A stretch of DNA of 63,932 nucleotides, filler included, from Dimargaris cristalligena (Eukaryota), in NCBI GenBank assembly GCA_003614675.1. It is 2 parts of 2 records of this genome, joined end to end, with 100 filler letters (N's around TTAATTAATTAA, not from the genome) between each part and the next. Parts side by side here need not be neighbours in the genome. Positions count along the whole stretch, not along the records: positions 1 to 31,918 come from ML002432.1; positions 32,019 to 63,932 come from ML002433.1. One strand, 5' to 3'. Of the stretch, positions 25,239 through 37,759 are shown piece after piece (positions within the stretch are counted from its first letter, which is position 1; the number at the start of each line of letters is the position of its first letter). The notes beneath the pieces are model-generated. The model saw only the letters and a program-made list of their open reading frames with translations. It had not been told where the DNA came from and did no database searches. The position numbers and the translations under genes were made by a program.

Positions 25239-26222
25239 TTAGGCCTGTTTCACCCGCTCCCCTGTTCCTGAAATCTTACGGTAGAACTGCTCGATTTTTT
25301 GGACAGGCCAAATTGAGCGCAGGTAATCAAAGAGTCTGCGGGCCCTGTCAATTTTCGGGTCCTGGGCCTCTGAATAGCTGTGGTCCAGCTGGGGGAATTG
25401 GGGATTGGTTGGCTGGTCATTAAGTTGTTGCTGCACTTTGGGGTGATTTTGACGGTCAAAGGCGGCTCCAGTCTCCGGCTCTAAGTTCGGGTCGCCGCTC
25501 TTTTCGTAGGTAGTAGAACTAAATGAATTGCCTGGTCCTTGGTTTTCGGTACCTTCGTATATATTAGTGTTCAATTTAGAATCCTGCGCCGTGGACCACG
25601 GCCATGCGTGATTCAATCTCTCCCAACCGTCAGTGGCGTAATTCGTACTATCCGAGTCCCTCCTATGCTCATCGTCTCCCTCAGACTCAGTACCAATGAA
25701 TAACTTCTTGCCCGAGCTACTAACGTTGGGATTCGAAGGCGTACGGGAGGAAGATGGGTCCGTGGTGGGGGTTTCGGAGGTTTGCATAGAGGCATCTTCC
25801 CCGTCTCCATTGGGAAAGAGGGCTTGCTGTGGTGCCAATCGTAGAGGCTGGGACTGCTTTAATTGAAGTGGACCCGTGTTGGCAGTCAAGGCTACGCTAG
25901 GCAATTCGGTATCATCTGGGGACTGTCGGCCTGAGGTTTGGCTAATTAGGGATTGTGCCTGGGCTATTTGGGATAATGGCTGGTTCAAGGACGAGGGAGG
26001 CTGCTGGAAGAAGGCGGAAAAGGAATAAGAAGAAGAAGAGGGTGTATCGCTGTTGTTCGTGTTAGTGGAATCATTGACGGTAGGCTCACTAAGGACAGAT
26101 TCGGTATCCGTTTCGTCTTCGAACCAAGACCCTGGCATGCTGTTGCGAGGGGGGAGAGTAGCCCCTTGGCTGACTGCAAACAAGGCCAACCAGGCGAAAA
26201 CCATTAACGATAGACGTGGCAT
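25239..26222 (-). CDS. Putative secreted Ser/Thr/Pro/Gln-rich orphan protein (327 aa)
   Basis: N-terminal signal peptide MPRLSLMVFAWLALFAVSQGA, single ORF, TATAAA on the coding strand at about 26460. No domain recognised. Confidence 0.75.
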   Translation of the reverse strand: MPRLSLMVFAWLALFAVSQGATLPPRNSMPGSWFEDETDTESVLSEPTVNDSTNTNNSDTPSSSSYSFSAFFQQPPSSLNQPLSQIAQAQSLISQTSGRQSPDDTELPSVALTANTGPLQLKQSQPLRLAPQQALFPNGDGEDASMQTSETPTTDPSSSRTPSNPNVSSSGKKLFIGTESEGDDEHRRDSDSTNYATDGWERLNHAWPWSTAQDSKLNTNIYEGTENQGPGNSFSSTTYEKSGDPNLEPETGAAFDRQNHPKVQQQLNDQPTNPQFPQLDHSYSEAQDPKIDRARRLFDYLRSIWPVQKIEQFYRKISGTGERVKQA

Positions 26223-29133
26223 ATTGCGTTCAACGAAAGTGTCGACATGGGGAGGGGGGGATGTTGACTGTGCTGGGTATAGATTAAGAAAAGGGACGTA
26301 ATGTTGTAATATTCAAGCGGGTAATTCGAGGACGTTCGGTCGAAACTCTAAAAAGGGGAGGGCTGTGGTCATATATGTCGGTAAAAATTAGTTAACAGTC
26401 TTGCATCGTATAGAAAAAAAAGGCAACTCTGTTAAAGTGGCGGGGGCCAACCAATTTATACATGCTTTGTAATGGGATCGAAGAGGGGACGGCGCGAGGA
26501 TTTCCGCAGGCATAGGTTATGTTCGTCACCAGGAGGATATGAATTCTCAATTGGCAAATATCGGGGAGTAATGGTTATGCGGCCCAAGACTATGCCAACG
26601 AATTAGGCCTGTCTTGTCCGTCACCATTGGTTGTACTAAAATAGCTACTTCTGAGATGTTGGCCGTGTTACAATTGGGGAGTAAGGAAAGAAAGGGGAGA
26701 AAGAGTAGCACATAATCAGGGGGATAAGTTGGGTCTTTTATTACCCTAGGCCCATTTTACGGCTCAGCGATTCCGGCCTCATTTTGATATTGAATGGTGG
26801 GCACCCGAGTATAAAACTTAAATACTATACTTTACTATACTATTCTACTGTATTGTATTTACCTTGTTTTCACCTTTCCCCTAGAAATGGGGTCACTGGT
26901 TTTGAATAACCAAATCCTGCAGTCCCGGCAAAAAATATTTTCGGGCCGCCTACAGTATGCTGCAAAAGAAGCATTATCGACCCTGCTGGCGCCGAGTGTG
27001 ACCGATGCATGGTATAGAATTTCAAAATGACCAATACATGGTAGTGGCTCGAAGAGTAATATTTATTCCGACCATAAAGGGGCGGGTACTACATCCGATG
27101 CCGTCTTCTCCAGTCCTAGGGGTCTCCCCATGGAGATGGGCTGTTGTTCCCTGCCTCAACGGTGGACTTAGGTATGATGCTGGAGGCTAATATGGAGGGC
27201 AGGCTTTGTCTTTGCAATATCTAAAAGTAGTGGTATCCTTGAGCAGACAGACACGCGGCCACTGTCCTGTATTGCACTACTGATGGCTAGAAGGCTTCGC
27301 GTTTGGGGGCAGCCTATAAGACCAACCTAGAGATTGTTCTACAGGTCGCTGGAGCCTGTACCTGAAGGAACATTAACTGAGACCAATATCGACACGAGTC
27401 TATCTGCTGACGTTGTAGATGATTGCGACTCACTCATTCCAAGACATGGTAATTGGGAACAATGATACATCAATTGCCCTGGGTAAGGTAGTATGGGATA
27501 TGGTGCTGACCTGGTCAACCAGGGGATAAGTGAGTAGGTGGAAATGTGTATACCATAAAATATCATGGATATCGAGCGGCACTCAGCACCGTGGAAGGGG
27601 GTGGAGTTAATTCCAGCTCATTTGCCCAGGACAATATAATAACATACCAAGGGGAAAAACCAATTTCCGAAAAAATATAAAGTGGGTTGGTACAGTTTCA
27701 CTTGTCCTCCTCATTGCTAGTTCTCGCGAAATTTGGCAGAGGGTGGGCAGGTTACTTTTTGGCAGTGATTTGATAATATGAAGAGCTGATAAAAATGGTT
27801 GCTGGGGAAAGCCGGCGATGTGACGTGGGGAAATGCAATTTACTTTGATTACAGTGGATAGAGTTGAATACGATGTTGTCCATAATACCAGGGGTGCATA
27901 GTTGAAATTCAAGTGTAGCAGCGGGGCACGTTTTGCAGCTGAGGTGACGACTCGGAAAGATTCAATCAAAGTCAGCCCATACCCCGGAAGCTTGACTTTC
28001 CTGCTGGCTCACGATAAGTTACCGAGGAAAAAGCAGTATAATATACAACGGCCTGCGTCTCAATCAAGCTACACGACAGAGTCGCCCTCGACTATACTGG
28101 ACTGCGCGGCATCGAATAATACGGACTGGTGCGAAATTGATAACTTCAGGGACCTAATTAAGGCAACCCGTCGGTGGACTATCGCCAGTGTCTCACCATG
28201 GCCATCCGGTATTGCCGATAGTGATAATAGGGGCAGTCTCCCCTGTAGTTACCGCATTTGTAAGTGCTTTTCAGTACGGCCGGGGCTGGGAGGCGCCATG
28301 TTTCAGTGTTGATTGCCTGTGCATTTGTAAACAAGTCGAGGTAAAGGGATTCTCGCTACCTTGCCTACTTTGGCTGGCAGACCCGCGTGATTCAAACGAC
28401 TGGCCCAAGTCCTTAGGTATTGGGGGATTTGTAAACCTTTGGCTAAATGTTGGCAGCTAGCGTCCGCCAAGTGCCAGGAATGACGGCATCCGAACGTTTA
28501 GCTCAGCTGTGTACCACCAGCCCTACCAAGATCTTCTTTACACACCTTTGCCCCTACAACCACATGTGGTTCACCATCTATGCCCCCCCTGCCGCACCAC
28601 CGGCATCTCTCATTCATACACAGTGTAGTGGATTTATGCGGGGGGTGAGTCCATCCCTTCCTTTTAATCCGGCAAGACGAATAAGACTCTAATAGTCAAT
28701 GAGACACGGCGACAGTCACACCCACAGTCACAAAACAGATCCACAACCCCATTCCATTGCAGTGGTTTTAGTTGGGGCAAAGCCGGTGGGAACTCGCCGG
28801 GCCGGCTTTCCTACGCACATTAGCAGTCTCAAACCTGTCGGGGCCAATGGGTGACCGGGGCTGCTAATATAGCGTGATGGTGGTTGGGCATATCCCAAAG
28901 TCAACTGACTAATGGGGCTATTTCGCCCTCTCTTATTGGAGGCCGGCGTTGAATGGCTGGGGATTGGACGGGTGAGACTTTGGGTTGATCACCACTGCAA
29001 CCGCATTCTCCCAATTTCCGCCCTCCCCTCTCACTCAATAGGGCCTGGCCAACTATTATGCCCTTGGCGGCAACAGACTACGAGTAAGAGGGGGCCGCGC
29101 ACCCCTTTCTCCCCAACCGCCGCCATCCCCAAA

Positions 29134-29140
29134 TATAAAA
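29134..29140 (+). promoter_or_regulatory. TATA box upstream of HPPD
   Basis: TATAAAA 160 nt before the ATG, followed by a CT-rich leader. Confidence 0.5.
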
Positions 29141-29293
29141 CACAGTCACATCCGTCCGCGTTTTGTACATTTCTCCTTATCCCGGTTATTCATACGTACG
29201 ACCACTTTTATAAACCATTTTACAACCCTTCCCCCCCTCTTCTTTTTCCGTCTCCCGCCCCCGTCGTAAGCAATCTACTCTGTCTGAGTGACT

Positions 29294-30454
<1,161 letters not shown>

Positions 30455-30814
30455 AGTGCAGTGTGGCATTCCCCCCTCTTCTTCACTTCGTCGATTGGGA
30501 ATGTGAATAAAGGGGCAGAGTGACCGGCCCAGTCAACCCAAGCCCACAGGGGTACCCTCCGAATTAGTTTGGCGATTAGACTATTGTTTGGAGTAAACCC
30601 GCTCCCTCTTTCTTGCTCTTTCTTTTAGTGCCGTGGAATATTGCTTTGCTTTTCAATAGTTGTTTGATTACTATGGCAAGAATCCATTGCCGGAACAATT
30701 CCTATAGCTCTTTTATCTATTTCCCGATAAATTGAAACAAATTATTAAGTTACCCCTGACCCATTATCCAATATAGAGTGGAATTTGGTGAATAGAAATT
30801 GGTATGCCTACTCG

Positions 30815-30958
30815 ATATGGGTGAAATTCAGCTTGGCTGTATAAGAATTTAACCGATATGTGTATGGGAAAATCAGTAGGATGTTAATTTTCAACCAGTA
30901 GTATTTGCCCTATCAAATGGATTTTTTGTTATACAGCCTTGTTAAATTTCACCCATAT
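30815..30958. repeat. 144-bp foldback (MITE-like) with 30-bp imperfect inverted arms; a third, direct copy at 31865-31918
   Basis: ATATGGGTGAAATTCAGCTTGGCTGTATAA (30815-30844); reverse complement of 30929-30958 is ATATGGGTGAAATTTAACAAGGCTGTATAA; 31865-31894 is ATATGGGTGAAATTTAACCTAACTATATAA. Confidence 0.7.
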
Positions 30959-31918
30959 GAAGAAGGGTAGGTTACTGTGTATAGCCTCTAAAATAGTTTA
31001 GCAATGATTAAGTTTTACCTTTGGAAAATGCCCCTGCTTTAATCCTAGGTATTGTCTAGCCTATCCCCCCCTATATAATAAGGGAACTTAACCTTCTTTA
31101 CTACTCTCTTAAGTACCTAATATAGAATCACCACAAATCTCTATTGTACTATCTAATCTACCTTAATCTAGTTGGCTTAAACATCTGACTACATTAGGCC
31201 TTAAAGTGTCATATTATTCTTCCTATGGTTATACCCAGTACCATGGGACCATTGATTATCATATAACCTTTTCCAAACCCAGACTCTGCCTCTTTGCACT
31301 AATTACTCAATTGTTAATCTATTAGACTCTTCTAGTTATCATCAGAGTCTTCCAGATACCTGTAACCATCTAGTTGGCCTATTTACCTATTTATTAGCCT
31401 TAATAGTATTCTCCCCTTGGGACCTCCCTTTGGAGTTGTCCCTACATATATATAACTGGGCCCTATTGGAATCAGTTAGATTCCTTAGCTTATTCTTACC
31501 CCCCTAGTTTACCCCTAATAAACCCTATATATACTCACTCCCCTTATACTGACTAGTAAGTATACTGATTATATATCCCTTACATATACCTGGTGCTTAG
31601 CCTTTGTTAGTTAATACTGTATCCTGTACCTAATGCTAGTAGCCTACTTGGCTAAGTCTAAGCCTTACCTACTATTAGAAGCCCATCCTCAGAACTCTTA
31701 ATGGACTAAGAGTGGTTAACTCAGGTGATATAAAAAATCAGGGTTCAAAATGTGGCCCCCCATTATATTACTTTTTTATCTTACTTTTGCTGGCTATAGC
31801 TATATATAGTATATTTGTGTTCCTTTTTATCAGGGCGTTTTTTATTAGTAATTTTATAGGCTCTATATGGGTGAAATTTAACCTAACTATATAAGGTTTT
31901 AAATGATAAATATATGGG
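30959..31918. mobile_element. Degenerate unclassified repeat/transposon relic, CpG-depleted and TpA-rich, running to the contig end
   Basis: Only one CpG (31836) between 30856 and 31918. No intact ORF. Bounded by the 30-bp motif and located at an assembly break. Confidence 0.55.
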
Positions 31919-32018
31919 NNNNNNNNNNNNNNNNNNNNNNNNNNNNNNNNNNNNNNNNNNNNTTAATTAATTAANNNNNNNNNNNNNNNNNNNNNNNNNN
32001 NNNNNNNNNNNNNNNNNN
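31919..32018. other. Artificial contig-joining spacer (44 N + TTAATTAATTAA + 44 N)
   Basis: Exactly 100 bp and symmetric; the central 12-mer gives stop codons in all six frames, as used in pseudomolecule linkers. Confidence 0.95.
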
Positions 32019-32558
32019 AAGAGAGAAAGAACCGCAAGGGGCAAAGCTAGATGCCCGCGGTTGGTTTTATTGAATTGGATAATAGCAGTAATAACGATTA
32101 GGACGAAGTTCCAGTTATAGGATGATATAGTAACGGCTATAGTAAAGTCCCAAGTATAGGACGAGCCAATCACAGAGATGGAATCAGTGGGACGGGGGAA
32201 ATGAATTTCCAACAGGATTTGTCAATAGATCTGGTAAATACAATCGTGGTTCTTTACCTGTAACGGTCAATACCTGATGAACCAATAAATGGTGTGGGTG
32301 AGGAAATAGTGTATGGCCGTCGGTGTCGAGAAAAGAAGGCTGCCAGACCCACTAACATAAAGTGTACAATGTCCCCCTATTAGTCGGAGGGCCAGGTATA
32401 CCGGGCCCCGTTTATCGTTTCGATTTGACCATCAGTTAATTGGTATGTATATTTTCCATTAATGGTAAGGACAGTCAACTATTCGTATTTATTGAAAATT
32501 AACAGGTAGAGAGTTAAAAATTGGTCGAATGAGCTGAGTGGCTACTGTTGCCGCTGGG

Positions 32559-35500
32559 TTATGAAGATGGTGGGGGTTCCGTTGACACATTATTGATGGT
32601 TAATGGATCTAAATGATCACTCAGCCAATTCGGTGTTAGTGCATTGCTCGGACGCCGACTCGCCGGACGACTACCACCGCCACTGCTTAACCCACTGTTG
32701 TCACCCGCCGAGGTGGTGGCCGTCATTCCCATGGACATATAATCAGCGGCATCACTGCCAGCGCCTGCGTTTGGCGTCGACAACACACTACTCACGCCAC
32801 TGTTACCCCCATTCGTAAACTGGCCAAAATAACCGAAACTGCCCAGCGAGGACGATCCATCATTGCTCATTTCCGTTTCGTCCGTCTGGGTTCGGTCGCT
32901 GCGGGATAGGTGGTGGGTATGGTAATACGGGTCATGGGCCGGGGTATGGCTATAGTGGTGTTGCTGCGAGTGCTGGGCCTGTTGCTGCTGTTGTTGCTGC
33001 TGCTGCTGGTGCTGTTGGTGTTGTTGCTGCATGAGTTTCTCGGCGTCTCGGAGCCAGGGGTGGGACATGAGTTCCACTGCCGTGGGGCGGGTGTGGGGGT
33101 CGTGCGTGAAGCAGCGTTCGAGGAAATCCAGGCCCGCCGGACTCATCTGGCTCGCTTCCGGTAGCGGCGTGTGCGAGGACACAATGTGGTACATAATGGC
33201 CCATTCGTTGTCTAGGTTGGACCACGGTCGCTTACCGGTGACCATTTCAATGACACAGCACGCGAGGGACCAGATGTCTTGGGCTCCGTGCCGGCCCTTA
33301 TCCTGCCCGGCAATGACTTCGGGAGCCATGTACATGGGGGTTCCCACCAGTCCACTGTTCCCACCCCCACCCCCGCCTCCGGCCGCACCCCGCTTGGAGT
33401 TGGCGGCGCCGGGGACGTTGGTTTTGGTGCGGCGGAAGGTGCGGTTTTGGGCCAGTATTTTAGCGGCACCGAAATCGACCAATTTCACATGCCCCTCGTG
33501 GTTGAATAGGATATTGTCCGGCTTAATATCACGGTGCACGATGCCACTACTGTGCAAGTAATAGAGACCCCGCAGGATCTGGAGGGTCCATGCCCGGATG
33601 TAATCCTCATTTTCAACTGCACCGTGTTCGAGCAGCGAGGCCATCGAGCCCTGTTGACACAGTTCCATGAAAATATACACCCGGTCCCGGTGGACTTCCA
33701 CCCCGAAGTAGGAGACAACATTGGGGTGGCTGAGCACTTCCATGACCGCCATCTCCTCCACCAGGTCCTTGTAGATGTTCTGCAGGGAGGATACGTCGGG
33801 GAATTTGATTTCCTTGACCGCCATGAGATCACCCGTATCGAGATTAAAGGCCATGTACACATCACCAAAGGTGCCCCGGCCGATTAATTTACCCTGTTGC
33901 CAGCGGATGGTGACATTGCTCGAAAAGGAAGCCAAGTACACTAACGGTTGGTTTTCGGGTTCGTTCAAGTCGAGTACGCGGCCTATTAGACGCATCTCGG
34001 TCATCGAGAGCCAGCGCTTGTGCTCCAGATGCTGCAGTGCCATACGCCACTCGGGCCGGAGCGTAGGTAGGAGGTCGTCCGGGGAAATGGCATACCCTTC
34101 CCGGTCGGGGCCCCCCATACTCCCACCACTATTGGTGGAAGAGAACATATTGGACGAGGCCAACGGAGACTTCGGCAGGGTAGTCCCCGGATAAGCCGAA
34201 GTGTTAAGGACATTATTCTGGGTAGTTGGGCTCAGGGCCAAGGGGCTCGTGGGTTTTTCCTTTCGGTTAGGTCCCCCGCCCTCCAGAATGGGACACGCAA
34301 TCACGTTTTCCAGCGGAAGGGGTGGTGGAACCACAGGTCGTGCGCCGGGGGAGTGACTCGGTTCCGAAACGGTCCCAGTGGGATGTAGAATCGCGGTGGG
34401 GGAGGGATAATGGGTAAGGGGAATGGCGGATGCGGACTGACTATGCGACGCCCGCCGGTGGCCCGCGCGCTGGAAATGAGGTAGGGACTGGGCCGTCAAC
34501 GAAGACCGCTCAATCCGGCGGTTGGTGTCCGACGCGATACCGAACACATTGATGTGTTTAATCAGGATCCGGAAACAGGAGCTCACGCGCTGTTTGAGTA
34601 CCTCGAATTCCGCGTCGTCCAGGTTCAGAATATTCCCGTTGCTGGTCATATTCATGGTGGCGTCGAGGGCCGTCACCGTCCAGCGGTGGGTTTTGGGCTC
34701 ACTTTGGTCGCAATCTAGGCTGATGAAATTGCCCCACTCGATGCACATCCGTAACAGTTGGATCCGGAGGCTGCGTTGCCGCCGAAGGTCCAGCAAAGTG
34801 AGAAAGTGCTTACTGAAGCTAAAGATGAAGGCGAAACACTCTTGGACAATGTCGACGGGCTCAAATTTACGGACAAAACCTCGGATCACGTAGGTGCAGT
34901 TGATGATGCGCTCGATCAGTTGGGCCGATAGGCGCCGCAGTCGTTTAATTTCCTTGTCCACGTCGGGGATATTAGCCATCGATGAGCGCCAGAGTTCCAG
35001 GTGGCAAACCGCCAAATGGCCACCGTCGCCTTCCCCGTCGTCGGTTCCGGCCCCGTCACCACCGCTTCGTTTACCGCTTACAATCGGGATCTTCCCCCCG
35101 TTTGCCTCTTTCTTCTTCTGTTCCACCTGCTGGTTGTACTCGTTAATGGTGCGCAAGAGGTGGGCCCGGTTAAATTCCAGGGAGCGCAGGTCATTAGTCA
35201 CTAAACGCATACTATTGAGCGCCATGTTGAGGTCAAAGTATTCGAGCGGTTCCTGTAAAACGGCCCCCGGTAGGTGGACGGTCTCTTCGGTGTGCACAAT
35301 GACCAAATAAAAGTCCTGGGGAGCGCTAGCCAACTGGTTTTGGGAGATGCAGGAGTAGAGGAGCATCTTAATACTGGGGCGGTATTCCAGACAGCGTGGG
35401 CTACAGAATATATAAATGCCGCGGGATTCGAACTGGCCGCCGGTAAATACTAGGGCGTGGTTACTGGCCGTTAGAGAATGGACCAGGGGCTGGACAGTCG

Positions 35501-37759
35501 GGAACCGGTACTGAGCCGCATTAAGGAGGGAGCTGGCGATATCTTTACTCAACAGTGCCGACAACTTACGCAAGCGCACCCGGTAATTACCGAGTAGGGA
35601 GGTAAAAAAGGCCTGCAGTTTACGGGGCGGTAGAAGATGCAGACGTCGTTGGAACTGGCTTTCGAATACACGTGTCAGTCGTTTAGTCACAAAGGCCACT
35701 TGTTCGCAAAATTGCTTGGCCGTTTCCCATTCACCGTATTCGATATGGGGGGTAATTAGGTTAATGAACTTCCACTCGGTCAGGATGTACTCGGTTTCCT
35801 TCAGATCGAGCCCATCCTGGGGTAGTCGTAGTTTGGCCATGACGAGCTGGTAGTAGAATCGCAGGTACTCTAGCATCAGTTTGTCAAAGTCTACATCCAG
35901 CGACAGCTTCACCTGCCAACCAGGCTCCGGGGCCGTGATGTACAGGTAGGAAGTTTTCAGGTCACAGGCCAGGTCGAGCGAGTACCGGGTATCCTCTAAT
36001 AGCTGGTCGACCATCATGACGGAAGTCAGTTTAGACGGGGGGTTCCGCCGGAAATAATTGAGCCGTAGATGCAGATAATCGGACAGAAGGTTAATGGGGA
36101 ATTGCACCAGTGCCGTAAGGGCCGCAGATTCCGGCGGCAGGTTATACTCTTCAAAGGCCTCGACGTAGTAAATCATGATGATGCGGGTCCGTTTCACAGC
36201 CTCCGTGGCCTGGAGCATCGTGTTAGTTTGGAAGGTCTTGCGCAGGCCGTTTTCCTTAAGCACGCGCTCAATAAAGGAGGTTTGGGTCTGTCGCTTCAGG
36301 GCTTTAATATGGGACAAGTGGTTAAACACCTCGGAATTGCCCGCGGGCCTACGGAGGTTAATCGGGGAAGAGCTCCTATGGGTATCCGATGGGTGGGGGT
36401 CGCCATCCGCTTGAGGTTCGGCCGGGTCCTTTTCCTTATCCCCGGCCGCGTCCTGGGCCGCCTCGTCAGGTGGGGTGGCGGACAGCAGGCGAATTTCCGT
36501 TGCTAGTTCGGTTCCATTGCCTGACAGTTGGGTGGTATTGGGTCTAGGCGCATCCAAGTCGCTACCCGTTTTGAGGGCCAGGTTGCCCGTCCATTTCTGT
36601 AGGATTGAGTGGTGGGTGAGCATTTGGATATGGGTTGAGCTCCACGACGTCAGAGCATCCACTTTAGTTTGGAATTCGGGCGAGGCGTACAGGGGGTGGT
36701 GTTCGGCCATCGTGCGTCGAGTCGGGTATAGGCACTCGATCCTATCCAATTGGCTTAGGACGGCCTGGACTTGGTGCAGAGCGGATCCTCGCTTGATAGT
36801 GTTTTTGGCCACTCGGAAATTCATGACGTGGTTGAGGACCACGGAGATTTGGGCCCGCAGATTGATGAGTTCGGCCTCTTCCTTGGCGATGGAGTTGTGG
36901 CGCAGGGTGGCTCGTAGTTCAAGCCACATTTCACCGTTCAAAGAGGTCAGGGAGGGCGGGGTCTTGGGTTGGAGCAGACGGCGTTTTTCGCTTTTGATCA
37001 GTTCACCCGTGAGCGCCGACGAGAGGACAGATTGCCAGTCCTCGCGCTCCTTGGCCTTTTCCGTGGAGAGTTGGGAGGTCATGGTAGGGACACCCGGGGT
37101 GTTAAGCAGGTGTGGGGCTAGCACATGGCTTAGAAAGCGATTGCGATGGACCGGGGAGGTACCTGCCGAGGCGGCTTGGTGGGTGTCGGGCTCGGAGGGG
37201 AGAGCCGGGGATGGTTCAGCGTCATTTTCGCTTTCCACATCTACATCATCGGCGTCACCGTCAATATAATGCTCCTGAGAACTATCGCTGGACTCCGAGT
37301 CCCCGCTGAAGGTATCGGCCCAAGAGCCGGCAGTGGCAAACATGGGGTTATCCATCATTTGAAAGGGGTCGTTCAAGTCGCCCATGCCCAGACCCATATC
37401 TCCAAAGCCGGTGGCGGGCGAAAGGGCGTCGCTAGCATTGGAGACCGCCGGGGTTGCCGGAACAGGCTGGGGGCCGAAGGGGTTATTGGAGTGGGGATGT
37501 GCCATAGCGGCGGCAGTGTTGGAGAGGGGTGTGGTCACACTGGACGAGGTTTGGGATGAGTAGGAGACTTGCCCAGGGCCCGCCGGATTGAACGGAGAAG
37601 CGAGGGATGTGGAGGCGAGTGGGGAGGTCAGAGTAGACATTGGGGTGCGGTCCTCGGGGTGGGGTATATCGAGGTTGGAGGTCTCGGCAGTAGACATTAG
37701 CATGCCCCCCTGGGCTGAAAGCGGGTTGGGGGACACTTCCGGCGGGGCATTATCCTTGC
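32559..37759 (-). CDS. SSK2: MAP kinase kinase kinase of the Ssk2/Ssk22/Wis4/Win1 (MEKK4-like) family; main exon of at least 1725 codons, 5' end uncertain
   Basis: N-terminal family motifs (REDWQSVLSSALTGELIKSEKRR, LYPTRRTM, SFIERVLKE, WGNFISLDC..RWTVTAL, IGRVLD) and a complete kinase domain (WQQGKLIGRGTFGDVY, AVKEI, HRDIKPDN, DFG, GTPMYMAPE). An AG acceptor near 37759 and candidate small exons near 37919-37955 and 38345-38480 suggest upstream exons that I could not phase with certainty. Confidence 0.93.

Noticed and set aside
27339-28280. Possible decayed gene on the minus strand upstream of HPPD (frame running QGRLPLLSLSAIP... into ORF 27607-27969 with several stops)
   Set aside because: No family recognised; indistinguishable from chance without a homology search.
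31963-31974. TTAATTAATTAA palindrome inside Ns
   Set aside because: Artificial six-frame-stop linker in a symmetric 100-bp spacer; not biological.
32274-32300. CTGATGA followed by a small stem, resembling a hammerhead ribozyme core
   Set aside because: The required GAAA after stem II is absent.
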